Assembly (NCBI GenBank): GCA_010093995.1
Contig: ML992503.1
Span: forward strand, 1,813,356-1,861,207
DNA length: 47,852 nucleotides
DNA from: Elsinoe ampelina
Taxonomy: Eukaryota
Reading direction: 5' to 3'
A model generated the notes under the pieces. That model worked only from the letters and a program-made list of their open reading frames with translations. It was not told the DNA's origin and did no database searches. Positions 1 to 13,329 of this stretch are shown one piece after another; the first letter of the stretch is position 1; every line of letters starts with the position of its first letter. A program made the translations under genes and the position numbers.

Positions 1-28
1 TCGATAGTCTGGACATTGACGTCAAGTT

Positions 29-721
29 ATGCTCGCAAGACGATTCCGATACCGAGCGTTCGCGCAGCACCCCAGTCGTTTACGCAGGCACGTTGCAACC
101 AAATCGGCGTTCGCATCATCATCTCTGGTGACCGCCAAATTCGTCATAGCACTGGCTCTCGGCATACATATGTTTAACGAGTATTGCTACTCATTCGACA
201 ATACATGGGGCATCAGCATGGTCCCGAATCTGGCCGCAGACGGCGATCCCGTCATTATCTCCAAATACTACCGGCATGGGAGAGGGGTCATGGTTGGAGA
301 CCTCGTCACTTTCGTCCACCCTGTAGACGAAACTGCCAGGGCCCTCAAGCGTGTCATGGGCATGCCAGGGGACTTTGTGATGCGAGACTCGCCCCACGTA
401 GGACGGCAGGTTATGATACAGGTGGGTCCACTCGTGGGTGCTTTCCGGATTAAAATAAATGCTATGCAAGCACGGTACGAGTGTTCTGCAAGGCCTGGGC
501 TAACGTGGGGATGGCAGGTTCCTGCAGGTCATTGTTACGTCGTTGGAGATAACCTGGACCATTCAAGGGACTCGAGGACGTTTGGACCTCTCCCTTTGGC
601 ACTGATCAAGGGTAAGGCGCTCTGCAAGATCACCGCCGACGGAGGCTGGTTCCCATGGCCGAGACGGATTGGTGGGGGGCTCGAGGAACCCCAGGAGCTT
701 CTAGAGGATTTTGTGGATTGA
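29..721 (+). CDS. IMP1: Mitochondrial inner membrane peptidase subunit (S26 family, Imp1-like); exons 29-421 and 518-721, about 198 aa after splicing
   Basis: Ser-Lys dyad motifs GISMVP and ALKRV; C-terminal box VPAGHCYVVGDNLDHSRDSRTFGPLPLALIKGK. Intron 422-517 has GTGGGT donor, GCTAAC branch (499-504) and CAG acceptor; removing it joins MIQ to VPAGH as expected for the family. Confidence 0.88.
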   Translation: MLARRFRYRAFAQHPSRLRRHVATKSAFASSSLVTAKFVIALALGIHMFNEYCYSFDNTWGISMVPNLAADGDPVIISKYYRHGRGVMVGDLVTFVHPVDETARALKRVMGMPGDFVMRDSPHVGRQVMIQVGPLVGAFRIKINAMQARYECSARPGLTWGWQVPAGHCYVVGDNLDHSRDSRTFGPLPLALIKGKALCKITADGGWFPWPRRIGGGLEEPQELLEDFVD

Positions 722-2791
722 GCATGCCTGCAGCGCGCAGGGTCAGAGCCACCACTAGAGTGAACGATGGACATTTAGCGGGACATGCCAAGTTCTACTG
801 ATTAACGTTGGGGATGCAGTTCTGGCCATGGTGCAGTTCTGGCCACCCCTAAGGATAGAAAGCGGTGAGACATCGCCGGAGATACACCGACCTGCCAGAA
901 TTGGTGAAAGATGTACATCTTGGCATACCTTTAAGCTTTTTAAGCTATTGAACTTGTGCATTAATCCATGTCGATAGTATAGAGGCTTTTAAGCCTAAGG
1001 CTTAGAGTTAGTGTTTTTAGCTTATAATTAAGACTTTAGAAAGCGCTAAATAATCTATTATATAGTGTAGAATTACTTCCTTATGTCCTTTAGTTATATA
1101 GGACTATATACTAAGTACTCTAGCTATCTCTAACCTCTTAAGGCATTAGATTTATAATAATCTACTAAAATTAAGTATTATAAAAGGTGTTACTCTTAGC
1201 TTAGCGCTACTACTTCTCTATTACTTTCTCTACTACCTTCTTCTTTACCTCTAGTAGTAGTTCTAGTAGTAACTCTAGTAGTAGCTTATTAAGCTATATA
1301 GTAGTATTAGCCTTATTAATCTCTAAGCTATTATACTTAAGTATAAGAGGTCTCTTACTCTTACTACCCTTAACTCTATTATAGTACTACTATAATTCTA
1401 AGTGTCTCTTTTTAGTAGTATTATAATCTAGCTTAGATTACTTATACTTCTCTTTAAGCTTAGTAAGGTAGAGGCGCTCTAGATACTTATTTAGAAGGCG
1501 CTTTAAAGACTTCTTAAGAGCTTAAACTTACTTACTAAGGTTAACTCTATACTTATAAGTATCTATCTTAAGAGAGTTAGTCTTATTTACCTTCTTATTA
1601 GTATCTCTCTACTCTAATATCTTCTTATAGCTTATTAAAGTACTACTAGATAGATAGCTAGTACTAGAGGTATTACGCTTATACTTACTCTCCTTCTTAG
1701 TACGCTTAGTAATACTAGATAGCCTTCTCTTTAGTAACCTTACCTTACCTTTATAGATATTAGTCTTCTCTTTTATAATCTTAATAGTCTTCTCTATTAC
1801 CTTTATAGCCTTAAATAAGAATTAAGTAAGCCTTTAATAACTCTCTAGACTATACTCTATACGCTACTAGTTACTAAGGAGCCTTCTAAGCCTACGCTAG
1901 AAGTACTTAGCTAATTTAATAAGAGTAGACTTATTAGAAGAGGTATTTAACTAACGTAAAGAAGTAGTTAGAAGGGAGCTAGAGACAGTAGAGAAGAAGG
2001 CTAAAATTGCTAAATTTTTAGTAGATTAAGAGGTTAATATTTTAGTAGATTAAGAGGTTATAATCTCTATAGATTAAAGGCTTAAAATCTCTATAGATTA
2101 AGAGGTACTTAACGAGAGTAATTTATACTAAATTTAATAGAGAACTAGTATTAGATTAACTAGTAAGATACTAGTTACCTTAAAGGCTCTTATTTAATAG
2201 TTACTACTAAAGACCTTATTATAACTATTAATATAAGTCTTAATAAAGTAGTACTTACTAATTCGAATAACACTCTTATAGATAATTCTTCTTACTTCTT
2301 ATTAATAGAGATACTTTAAATTAGTAAAAATAGTAATATCTAGAGGTTATAGAAAGTATAATATATAAGCTAGTAGCTTTAGTAGAGTAATCTTATTCCT
2401 CTAAGTCTCCTTTATAAACTCTAGTATAAGGTGTAAGTAATAACTATTAAATAAGAGTAGTTACTAGTATTAATTAAGGTCTTTTACCTTAACTCTAGCC
2501 TTATCTACTAGCTATATAAAGTAGTTAAAGTACTCTTTTAACTACTTTAAAGCTACCTTATTATTTATCTAGCTAGTTAGAGTTACTTTAATTATAGTAT
2601 TTATAGAAGTTAAGTTCTCTAAAAGGAGTACTAATTTATTAAACTAGCTATCTTAGATAGTTTAACTCTTTAGAATAAAGAGAGGTAGTATAACTTAGCT
2701 AACTATACTAGTAGTTTTAATAGTAGTTACCTACTTATAATTACTAGATTAATAGTAATAGGCCTTCTACTTGTTATTACTTCTAATTTAG

Positions 2792-3254
2792 TGTTATAAA
2801 CTGTCTAAATATAGTCTATACTAGTAGTCTAAGCTAAGCTAAGAACGAGGTAGTTCTACTTCTATAGTAGTATAGTACTAAGGTAAGAGTTAGAGAAGGT
2901 ATATCTTATAGATAATAAAGTACAATTAGATAGTATTATAAAGGCTAGCCTTAGTAATACTAGTGTTTACTATCTAGATAAGATTAACTATAGTACTTAT
3001 ATAAGGTAAGGACTATTCCTATATATATATATTCTATATTATATACTCTATATACTTCGTATACTCCGTAGTAAGAGTCGAGAGCAATATAAAGTATATA
3101 TCTACTAGTAACCTATACGCTCTATAGTCTCTAGAGTAGAGCTACTAGAGAAGATAGAGAACTAGGTAAATATCGAGCTAAGTTATATAATAACCTTAGT
3201 AGTTTAATAAGTTCTAACGTCTCTATACTCTAGCTGTCCTACTAGTTTATAATA
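2792..3254 (-). repeat. 3' LTR of element A
   Basis: Colinear with 9332-9794 at offset 6540; the visible differences are transitions. Confidence 0.95.
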
Positions 3255-3328
3255 TTACTTTTCTCCTTTAATCGAGTTATTCTAATAAGTAAGTATTCTT
3301 TCTTATTTTTATATACTATGTACTAAAT

Positions 3329-3880
3329 ATGCCTCCTAGTTATTAAAGGCATAGTAAATCTAGTATATCTATACGAAAGAATCTCTTAGAGTTTATTAAA
3401 TTATTTAGAACTAATATGCTATAAGCTTACTCTTATTATAAGTCGAAAGAGCTAGACTATAAAGTCTATATTCGGTTAGGTATTTATAGCTAGTATATTA
3501 TAAGTAACTATCCGAGTTATAACATTTAAGTAATAAAATTAAAATAGTAACATCTCTAGTCTAAGTATATTCGTTTACGAAAGGAATTAGTTATAGCTAA
3601 GACTACTAGAATAGAAGCTAAAGAAGCTTATAAAAAGGTAAAAGAGGCTCGTTAAAGAGCTATAGGTAATAAGCTTTACCTATGTAAAGAGATATAGAAA
3701 TTAAAGAATAAAGTAGAGAAAGTAATCTCCTTAGAGAAAACCTATATTTAAGTTCTAGAGTAAGAGAAAATACTATCGTTAGTAAATCCTGTCCTACTAT
3801 AGAATTAGTAATTATTTATACCTAACTCTAATTAGAGTTCCTTATTTAGTAATAATTAGAGTACTTCTATTAGCTAAGTA
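3329..3880 (+). pseudogene. Antisense ORF of element A: Zn(II)2Cys6-like cluster followed by a coiled coil (RIP-degraded; 3' end approximate)
   Basis: ATG at 3329. TAC/TAT codons at 3428, 3437, 3458, 3485, 3494 and 3518 give C-x2-C-x6-C-x8-C-x2-C-x7-C if read as RIPped TGY. An E/K/R/A-rich helical segment follows (RLRKEL...EAKEA...KEAR). Confidence 0.7.
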
Positions 3881-6800
3881 GTCTTTCTTAGGCATTCTTG
3901 TTTTTGTTTAGTGTTAGTAGCGTCGGGCCTGCCTAGTTAGTTTACTTAGGATAGGTTTTCGGTCTAGTAATCTAGAATTACTTATAAGGTAAAGTGTTCC
4001 TTTAGTTCCTATATTACCTTACTATACTAATGTCCTTTCTAGTAGATAAGATAGTAACGCTTTCCCCTTATAGATTTATAACATAAAACTCTTTTAATCT
4101 TATACTATAGCTTCTATGTCTCTTTATCTAGTTTAATAGGTCTAGGTACTACGTCTTATAGTGCTTTTTCTAATAGTAATATATAAAAGACTAGGTAGAT
4201 CCTTATATATCTAGGTAGTTCTAGTTTATATACGTTTTTATTTTTCTTTTCTAGGATCTTAAAGGGTTCTAGTTTAGTATAGTTAAGCTTCTTACTTAGT
4301 TATTTCGTTTTAATGTTTTTACTAAGGAGGTAAACTTTCTCTCTCTCCTATAGAATTAGTCCTATAATTCTCTTCTAGTTAGTAAACTCTACTATTCTTT
4401 ATAATATAAATACTATATCTTAGTATAGCTAGTTATATAACTTCTTAATGTTAGCTACTAGTATATTTATATTCTTAGATATTAGCTTAATTCTAAGTAT
4501 ATTATAGTATAGATCTAGGTGTATTCTATAGTTTATATAGAATAGTAAAACTCTATTTACTAACTTTCTATTATTAATAGCAAGCTCCGTAAGTAGTAAT
4601 AGTATTACCTATAAGTCTTACTTATAGTTTAGGTAGTAGCGTAGGTACTACTCTAGTACTTAATTTGCCTATTTAGTTTATCTATCTATTTATAAGTAAA
4701 AGAAGGTTAATAGCTTATATTTAACTCCTAGTAGATCTATAAATAATTACTAGAATTATAATATAAATAGCTTATCTCTATTAGTTATTAGGTCTTATAG
4801 TACTCCGTGCTATAAAATAATTATATAGAGAAAGGTAAAGGCTATATTCTCGATAGTTACTATTATCTTATATAGTATAAAGTAGTAATACTTCGTAAAT
4901 CTATCTACTAGAACTAGAATACTATTGTACTTTACACCTATAAGAAGCTCTTCTAATAGTAGTAGAGGTCCTATAAAGTCTATTATAACTAATTACTATA
5001 GTTTATCTAGTAGTAGTAAGAGTTATAGTAAGCTATATAGCTTATATCGTAAGTACTTAGACTTATAGCATATATTATATATAGTAATATATGTCTTAAT
5101 ATCGTTTTAGAGTTCTTTCTATAGATAGTTCTATATAATAAGTTTAATAGTCTTATTAATTCTACTATGTTCTACTATTAGGTTATTATAGTATATTTAA
5201 ATAACTTTCTATTTTTGTTCTCTTATAAGCTTCTAGGTAAGGCTATATAACTACTCTACCTTTAGGTGCTTATAGACTAGAGTACTATCTTACTACTTTA
5301 GTATAGAGGCCTCTATTATTGTTATATTTTTTAAGTAATCTAGCTAGCGGCTAAGAGCGTCTACTTCGCCGTTTTCTAATTCCTTAATATAATAGATCTA
5401 GAAGTTATAGCTTATAAGTGTCTCTAACTATTATACTTATTATCTATTAAGAACCTTAGTAGTTGTCTAATATAGAAGGTTCTTATAGTTAGTATAGACT
5501 TATATAGGTAAGGTTATTTCTTCTAGGTATACTCTCTACTTATAGAATACTTTTATAATTATAAGTAGTTCCTTGTTATATATGTCGTAGTTAAGTTTAG
5601 GTCTAGTTATTTTTCATAAGTAGTATATAATTAAGTAGTATTATTCTTCCGCGTCTTTCTATACTAGATATACTTCTATTATAAAGTCTAATATATTTGT
5701 TTCTAGTAGTACTTATCGGTCTAGGTTAAAGAGTACTAGGATAGGTACTATCGTAAGCTTAAGCTTTAGCTCCTTAAAGGCCTACTTATATCTTTTATTA
5801 AAGATAAAGCTAGTTTTCTTTTTCGTAAGGTTAGATATTAGCGTAGCTATCTTAGAGAATCCTTTAATAAACTTATAGTAGTAGTTAAAGAATTCTAGTA
5901 GTACTTAAACCTCCTTAACTATTATAAGTTCTAGCTAGTTATTTACTAACTTAATCTTCTTTAGATTAGGTCCGATACTATTAGTAGATATAATATAGCT
6001 TAGAAATTGTATCTTATATTTATAAAACTTATACTTAGAGAGCTTTACTAGTAGGTCTTTTTCTTTTAGTTTCTATAGCACCTTATAAATATGTCTTATA
6101 TGTTTATTATATATCTTTAAGAAGATAATAATATTATCTAAATATACTAAGACAAAGTTATTAAGGTATTCTTATAGAGTATTATTAATTAACTCTTAGA
6201 AGGTTATAGGAGCGTTAGTTAATCTAAAGGGTATAACGAGGTACTTATATAGACTCTATTACGTTCTAAAAGCTATTTTCTACTCTTTACTCTCCTCTAT
6301 TTATACTTAATAATAGACATCTCTAATATTAATTATAGTAAACTATTTAGCTCTAAGTAGTTAGTCTTAAAGTTTATTAATCCTTAGTAGAGAATAGTAA
6401 TTCTTCCTAGTAAGTATATATATTTATAATATTCTATTCTTTTTAGGTATAAAAAGCACTCTATATATAATAGGTAATTTTAATAGTTGTATAAATCCTT
6501 TAAGTAGGTACTTATTAATATAGTTCTTAAGAACGTTCTTCTCTTATCTCGATAGTAGTATAAGACCTTAATAGTATATTAGGGATTTACTCTCTTTAAA
6601 GGGTATTTCGTAATTCTATAGTTTATATTAGAGTAAGGCTACAATGCCTTTTCTTTCTTTAAATAAGTCCTTAAAGTCTTTATATTCTAGCGGAAGTACT
6701 TAATTACTTACGCTAGTAATAGCTCTAACTATTAGTTATACCTATACTGTTCTTATAGTTAGTATCTATAGAGCTAATTATACTTCCTACATTCTATAAT

Positions 6801-9331
6801 TACACTTAGAGAATTCGAGTGTTTCTTTAATCTAGTCTATGTCTAGATTGTGTTATTAAAGCTAGTCTATACTAAGTACTATATTATACTATATATCTAC
6901 TATATCGATTAATTGTTTTTCTATATATGTTTTAATTTTAATTATAACATTTCGTAGTTCCTAAGTAACTTTCCTATTCTTCCCTATAGAGGTTCTATCT
7001 ACTATAGTAAGTAGGTAAGGTAACTTCTTCTAATATTAATAAGGTTTAAGCTAGTTAGTAACTATTATAGAAACGTAGCTATAGTTAGCTTCTAAATCTA
7101 TTATTGCTCTTACCTTATTCCTTTGTATTTTAACTTCTAGTATAAAGTAGTTTAATATATAGATCTTTATTATGTTAAGGCTTTAGCTAGTGTTATTGTC
7201 TTACCTTATTAGGCAATAACTAGCTAGTTTTTTGTTATTATAGCTCCTTAGATACGTAGCTAATCCTCTCCCGCACGTATCTACTATTAGTACTATACCT
7301 ATTAGGCTAGTTATATCTTGTTACTATTTAATATAGTAAGGTAGACTTCTAGCGCTTAAGTTCCTTAATAACTATAAAGTCTAATAATTCTCTACTAATT
7401 ACACCGAGTAGTATTATACACCTATATTAGTATAACTATTCTCTCTAGATAGAGCTATATATTAGTGTCGAAGATAAATACGAGTTAAGTAGATTTATCT
7501 TATTGTGTCCTACTCTAGTAGTAGGTGTATATTATTATATAATTTCTCTATATTTCTATAAGGTATATCTTAAGTCGTCTACCTAGTAGTAGTACGTTGT
7601 TATTATTGTTATTATTAAATAAATTCTTATTTATATTATTATATCGTAGTTATTTAGTGTATTCTTTATTGTATTTCTCTTTATTACTACTGTCTCTAGT
7701 ATAGTTATAATTAGTAAGGCTACACTAAGTATATTTCCTTACTTAGCTATAGGGGATAGTACTATCTATTTTAATTACTAAGAAGTCTATAGTATATTTA
7801 AGACTAATAGCGTCTTCTTTAAGTATATTATATAAGTAGGTAGTATAGTACTATTTACAATTTAGATTTATATATTTCTAGAGTAATATATAATATACCT
7901 TTTCTTATAGTTTACTATAAGAGCTAAAGGTAAGGCTACTATATTATTACATGGCACTTATATCCTAGTACTTCGTTTCGATAATTATATATTAGTAATT
8001 GTCGCTAACTACCTTCTAAGGTTAGTTAATGCCGCTACTAATTATAAGGAGCCTCTCTAAGTTAAGCCCCTAGTCTAGCTATTTCGTTAGTTACCTACGC
8101 TTAGATAGCTTATATAGGAACTAACTAGATCTCTACTTATCTAATAAGTAAATATAATAAGAGTTATTATAATATACTATTTATAATAGCGTTACGTAAT
8201 AGCTTTATTATTTATTATTAGTTATAGAGATATTAAGTGTAATATCTAGAGAGAGTTCTATTATCTCTCGAGTTATTATAGACTTCTTCTATGTTTCTCT
8301 ATCTATACTAAAGGTCGTTAGGTCTTCTATAGTAGTGTTAGTCTTTTTTTCTACTAGCCTAGCAACTATTATATATAATCTATTAGCTAGCGCCTCTTAT
8401 TAGTAGTCTCTAGCTCGATGTCTAGGTCTTTTATATTTAAAATATAAATTGTCTTATTTATACTTCTCTCTCTCTTTTTCGCTAAGGAACTTTCCTCTAT
8501 AGCTACGACCTTATACCTATAAGAGGCAACTCTCGCGTATAGTGTTAAGTTCTATAGAGTCTCTATAACTCTAGGAGAAATATATATATCTAGTGTTTAC
8601 CTTATATCCTCTATAACGTTCTATATGTCGTTTATAGAGTTAGTTATTAATAGCAATTATAGTGTCTACTAGTTTCTAAAGGCTATTTAGCAGCTCGAGT
8701 ATTATTTAATCTTTAACTAAGTCGCTTAGCCCTTAATAGAATATAGAGTGTTTAGTACTATTATCCTAGTCTAGGTACATTACGAGTTACTAGAACTAGG
8801 AATAGTACTAGGCTATAGACCTATATTATTATAGTTATTAGATCTTTGTTATAGTAATATATTTCTTATTAGATATATTAAAGACTTACTTAATCTTTGC
8901 CTAAAAGATACTAAAGCTCTTAAAGATAGCCTTTATATCTAGGCTTAGTTATCTATCTAGGTAGCTACTTATATAAGGCTTAAACTACCTAAAGGTAGCG
9001 CCTTTAAGGTGTATCCTAGTATAGAGAATCTTTACTATATTATTAGTATACTTGTCTTTCTCTAGAGTAAAGAAGACTTTAAGCTAGATAAGAAAGCGCC
9101 TTAAGTAGGCGTAGTCTCTATAGAAGAGTTCTACCTCTAGCTTAGGTCTACTCTGTCCTTTCCCTATACTAAGAGACCTTCTATATTTGCTTAAGGTTAA
9201 ACTAGTAGTTAATATATTATTAATAGTAAGCTTTCCTAGCTTACTAGCGATTAAAGATACTAATAGTAACTTAGAGCAAGAGTTACTTATTAACCTTATA
9301 GCGTGCTATACTATAGTAAGAGTAGTTAAAA

Positions 9332-9794
9332 TATTACGAACTGTCTAAATATAGTCTATACTAGTAGTCTAAGCTAAGCTAAGAACGAGGTAGTTCTACT
9401 TCTATAGTAGTATAGTACTAAGGTAAGAGTTAAAGAAGGTACACCTTATAGATAATAAAGTATAATTAGATAGTATTATAAAGGCTAGTCTTAGTAATAC
9501 TAGTGTTCGCTATCTAGACAAGATTAACTATAGTACTTATATAAGGTAAGGACTATTCCTATATATATATATTCTATATTATATACTCTATATACTCTAT
9601 ATACTCTATAGTAAGAGTTAGAGGCAATATAGAGTATACGTTCGCTAGTAACCTATATACTCTATAGTCTCCGAAGTAGAGCTACTAGAGAAGATAGAGA
9701 ACTAGGTAAATATTAGACTAGGTTACGTAATAACCTTAGTAGTTTAATTAGTTCTAATGTCTCTATACTCTAGCTATTCTACTAGTTTATAACA
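9332..9794 (-). repeat. 5' LTR of element A
   Basis: Direct repeat of 2792-3254, followed by TSD TTTAG. Confidence 0.95.
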
Positions 9795-10830
9795 TTTAGA
9801 TCTACTTATAAAGTAATTAGCTAAGTATATAGCTAATTTTATCTATGTTATAAACGTTATAAGGCTTAATATTATAGACTTTAAATATGTAAGATATAAG
9901 GTTAAACTATACTTTAATTTTTATAGTATTACTAAGCTCTTCTAACCTATTACTATCTATAGCTAGTTATCGACGGAGATTAATCTCTAGATAGTGTCCT
10001 TTAAAGTACTTATACTAGCACTATCTAATAGGGGTAGGTTATATATACTAAGGTTAATTAGTTATAGTTTCTAGAAGGTAGCTAGTATAGAGATTAAGCT
10101 ACTAGTTATTTAAATTAAAGCTATTATATAATAGAAAGTATATAAAGTTAACTAGAGTACTCTCTTAAGCACTTATTAGGCGCTACTAGATAGAATATAC
10201 TATTACCTATAGCTTATATATACTCTTAAGTTAATAATAGAGAGTTTATCTAGTAATAAAAGAAAAGTGTCTAGTAAGCTCTTTTTTCTTTAGCTTGCCT
10301 TTTAACTAATAATATTTATATATAGTAGCTTATAACTACTTTTTATATTTAATTAACTATAGTAGAACTATTAGATAAGGTAGTATTTAGAAGGAGAGTA
10401 AGATAGAAGAAAGAAGAAATTCTAGAGCACTAATTAAGCCTAGTATTAGTATAGATTTAAATATTCTTATTAGCTCTAGCTAGAGTTAACCCTAAAGTAG
10501 CTAGAACTATACTATAGCTAGAACTATATCTCTAATATTAGTAACTTAAAACAGCGTAGCTCTTAATAGATAAATAGCTATAGATCTATACTAATAAGAA
10601 TAAGCTAAAGATTAAAATAGATAGATAGATAAAAGGTTATATAAGATTATAGCCTCTAAGTTTTTAAATCTTTTTACGCTAAGCATAGCTAGGAAAGAAG
10701 TGCCTATAGAGCCTAGCTACTAGATGCTTAAGGGAATTATTATTTAGTAGTCTAATTTTTCTTATCTAGTAGCCTTACTAAGGTAGCTTTCTAGGTTTAG
10801 GTATGCTATCTAGAGTCTAAACTAGCGCTT

Positions 10831-10908
10831 CGAAAAGGTGTCTTAAAGGGCATAGAGAGCGCTATCTCGAGACGTATAAAGAGGTGTCTTAAAGAGCATA
10901 AAAAGCAC
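10831..10908. repeat. Left part of a 22-24-bp tandem array that was split by the hAT insertion
   Basis: Units such as AAAAGGTGTCTTAAAGGGCAT and AGAGAGCGCTATCTCGAGACGTAT; the array resumes at 18617. Confidence 0.8.
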
Positions 10909-13329
10909 TAGTGTAACTATTAGGGCAGAGTTAGCCCCTTTAGGTTTAGTACTATACTAGGGTTTAGGTCGGCCTCTAGCTAGCGTAGTGCTACTAAGGG
11001 CTTAGTAGCACTAGTACTAGCTCCGCACCGTAGCTATAATAGCACTATACTAGCACTAGATATAGGTTAGGTTATGTATATTCTAGACGTAGTATAGTAC
11101 TAGGTTAGGTTAGTAGATAAGTAGTATAGTGCTATTAAGTCCTTAGCGTACCCTTACTAGCACTACACTAGAGTTACTATTCTTATAGTAAATTCTTATA
11201 GTAACTACTATATCCTATAACTCTTGTTACTTTTCTACTCTAAACGCTTAAAGTTATAGTAGGTAAAGGATACTAGAGAGAAGTAAAAGTTATTAATTAT
11301 TAACTCTTATATATAATTACGACCTAATAGTAATTTATAGAAGATTAACCTAATTAATATTATCTATATAACCTTTATAAGCCTATTTTACATACTTAGC
11401 TAGTAAGCTATATACTACCTAGAACTAATACTTTATTATCTTATTATCTACTTTATCTAGAGAATATTCTATCCTTAGTAAGTTTACCCTTATATAAATT
11501 ATAACTCTTAACTAGTAAACTAGAGTACTAAAGCTATTAGGTAGAGTCTAAGACTAGAATAATTAGTTCTAGGTAGTTTAGCCTTCTTACTAACTTATAG
11601 TATAGTTACGGATTGCCTTAATGCTATTAGATTACTAGTTAATAGTAAGTGTAAGGCTGTCTAGAGCCTTAATCTCTACCTAAAGGTTATTAATAAATTT
11701 ATAGTAAGTAATATTAGCCTAACAAATAATAGAGAGGCGAGTAGTAGACATAGTAGTAGATTTGCTTAAATTCTAGTAACTATTAGTATAAGTTATACTA
11801 TAGTAACGTAAAGGTATACTAGATAGTTGTTTAAATGTTTCTAAGGAGAGAAAGAAGTAACTTAGCTAATAATCTACTTATATCCCTTAGTATAATAATA
11901 GCTATTGTTCGATAATAGCTATTGTTAGTATTGTTGTTTTTTTATAATAGATAATAGCTATTGTCTATATTATTGTTCTTATAATAGGTAATGCTAGATA
12001 TATATACCTTTTAGTTACTATTTCTCCTTCTTCCTCTTAAACCTCTCTTTCTTATCGTTTAATACTTCCTTCTATAATGTCTCCTTCTTACGCTTAACTC
12101 TACCTCGACCTAGTAGATCTAATTCCCTTTTAGCCTTATAAGATAACTCCTAGCGACTATGCTAGGCCCTTATACCTACGTTAGTGTAAAGCCTATATCT
12201 ACCGTATAACTCTTATATATCTCGACTTTAATAACAACTACGAAATCTAAGCTAAATATATCTATAATAACTATAGAGGTTTAGTACTTTACTATAAAGC
12301 CTACCGCACTTACGATACCTCTTATAACTTTATAGGTGTTTCTAATCTAATCTTTCTCTATAATCTAACAAATATTAGTATAATATCTTATAGACTAATA
12401 ACATCTTTAACCTAATTAACATATAGCGCGCTATTAATTGTCTTATTCTCGATAGAAGAGTAGATCTACTCTTGCTCTTTACTATATGCTATAATATTAA
12501 ACGTAAGTAGAAGGAGTTAAATTACATTAACGATAGTAACAATAGTGTTTCTTCCGATAACTAATCTAATTAAGGTAGCATAGTCGAAGCGTTAGCGGGC
12601 TAATAGCTTTAGATAGTTATTAATAATATAGACTTACACTTTATAAAGACTTAATTACGTTGCTTCTTCCTGTAAGTAACTAAAATTAACTATAATAATA
12701 GCATATATAAGCTCTTAAAGTAGAAGTATTTATATTACCTCCGGCTACACTAGTAGTTATATTACTACCCTAAGTAGCACTATCGGTACTAGTAGTAGAA
12801 GCACCTCCCTCGTTGTTCTCTTTACTATTAGTGTTATTCTAGAAAGTAACCTAACTATTATTAGGCTTAAACTTAGTAAGAAAGTCGAGAGTATAATAAG
12901 GTAGATATTAGTAATAGTATAGAGAGTAGCGTTAGTAATAAGTTAGCTAAGGTCGTAGGTGCCGTAGTAGAGGTAGTTATTAAGGTTAATAATAAGAGAA
13001 GTAGCGCGGAGATTAGTTATAGCTTTAGCCTTTATATTATAGTTAATCTATACGATTTTCTTATTAACGTTTTTATAAGTAAATCCGGCACGACTAACGT
13101 AGATATAAATATAGTTATATTAAAGATACTAGCGGGCAAGGAAACGAGCTTCCTTAGGGCAGCTAACGAAGGGAGACTATTAGCATTAGTAGGTGGAATT
13201 ATATATAGTAATAGGGAAGATATACGCGAAAGTACTTTAGAGTAGGTATTAGTATAGATACTATAAGAGCGTTATTACTCGGAGGCTATTAACTAGATAC
13301 ACTTAGAATACTAGCCTCTAACCTTAGTA

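Larger units (their letters stand above)
2792..9794 (-). mobile_element. Complete Ty3/gypsy chromovirus 'A' (7003 bp), RIP-inactivated
   Basis: 463-bp LTRs at 2792-3254 and 9332-9794; outer termini TGTT...AACA; 5-bp TSD TTTAG at 2787-2791 and 9795-9799; PPT complement at ~3255-3270. RT motifs VMPFGLTNAP (~6209-6238) and YLDDFVLVYLDDIIIF (~6121-6168); chromodomain YEIERVL...YLIHWKG...ATWEPEEH (~3985-4105). Confidence 0.95.
1150..10350 (-). pseudogene. RIP-inactivated Fot1/pogo (Tc1/mariner, DDE_1) transposase, split by the Ty3 insertion at 2792-9794; ends approximate
   Basis: De-RIPped minus-strand motifs: VYNMDEIG (~9825-9860), GNREWVTAIE (~2715-2750), WRLLLFDGHCSH (2431-2469), LPAHTSHFLQPLD (~2338-2379). 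The frame is continuous across the insertion site once the element and one TSD copy are removed. TIRs were not identified. Confidence 0.88.

Noticed and set aside
16..25. Perfect CRE palindrome TTGACGTCAA before the Imp1-like ATG, a possible site for the nearby ATF-like bZIP
   Set aside because: Only 3 nt from the start codon, so probably within the transcript; a single 8-10-mer is expected by chance and upstream context is missing.
1005..1040. Candidate left TIR of the Fot1-like element (TTAGCTTATAA also occurs near 18726)
   Set aside because: The match is short and direct rather than inverted, and is unreliable in TA-saturated DNA.
2792..9794. Naming element A as CfT-1 and the host as Cladosporium fulvum
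   Set aside because: Overall size is similar, but identity cannot be verified without alignment and the LTR length seems to differ from what I recall.
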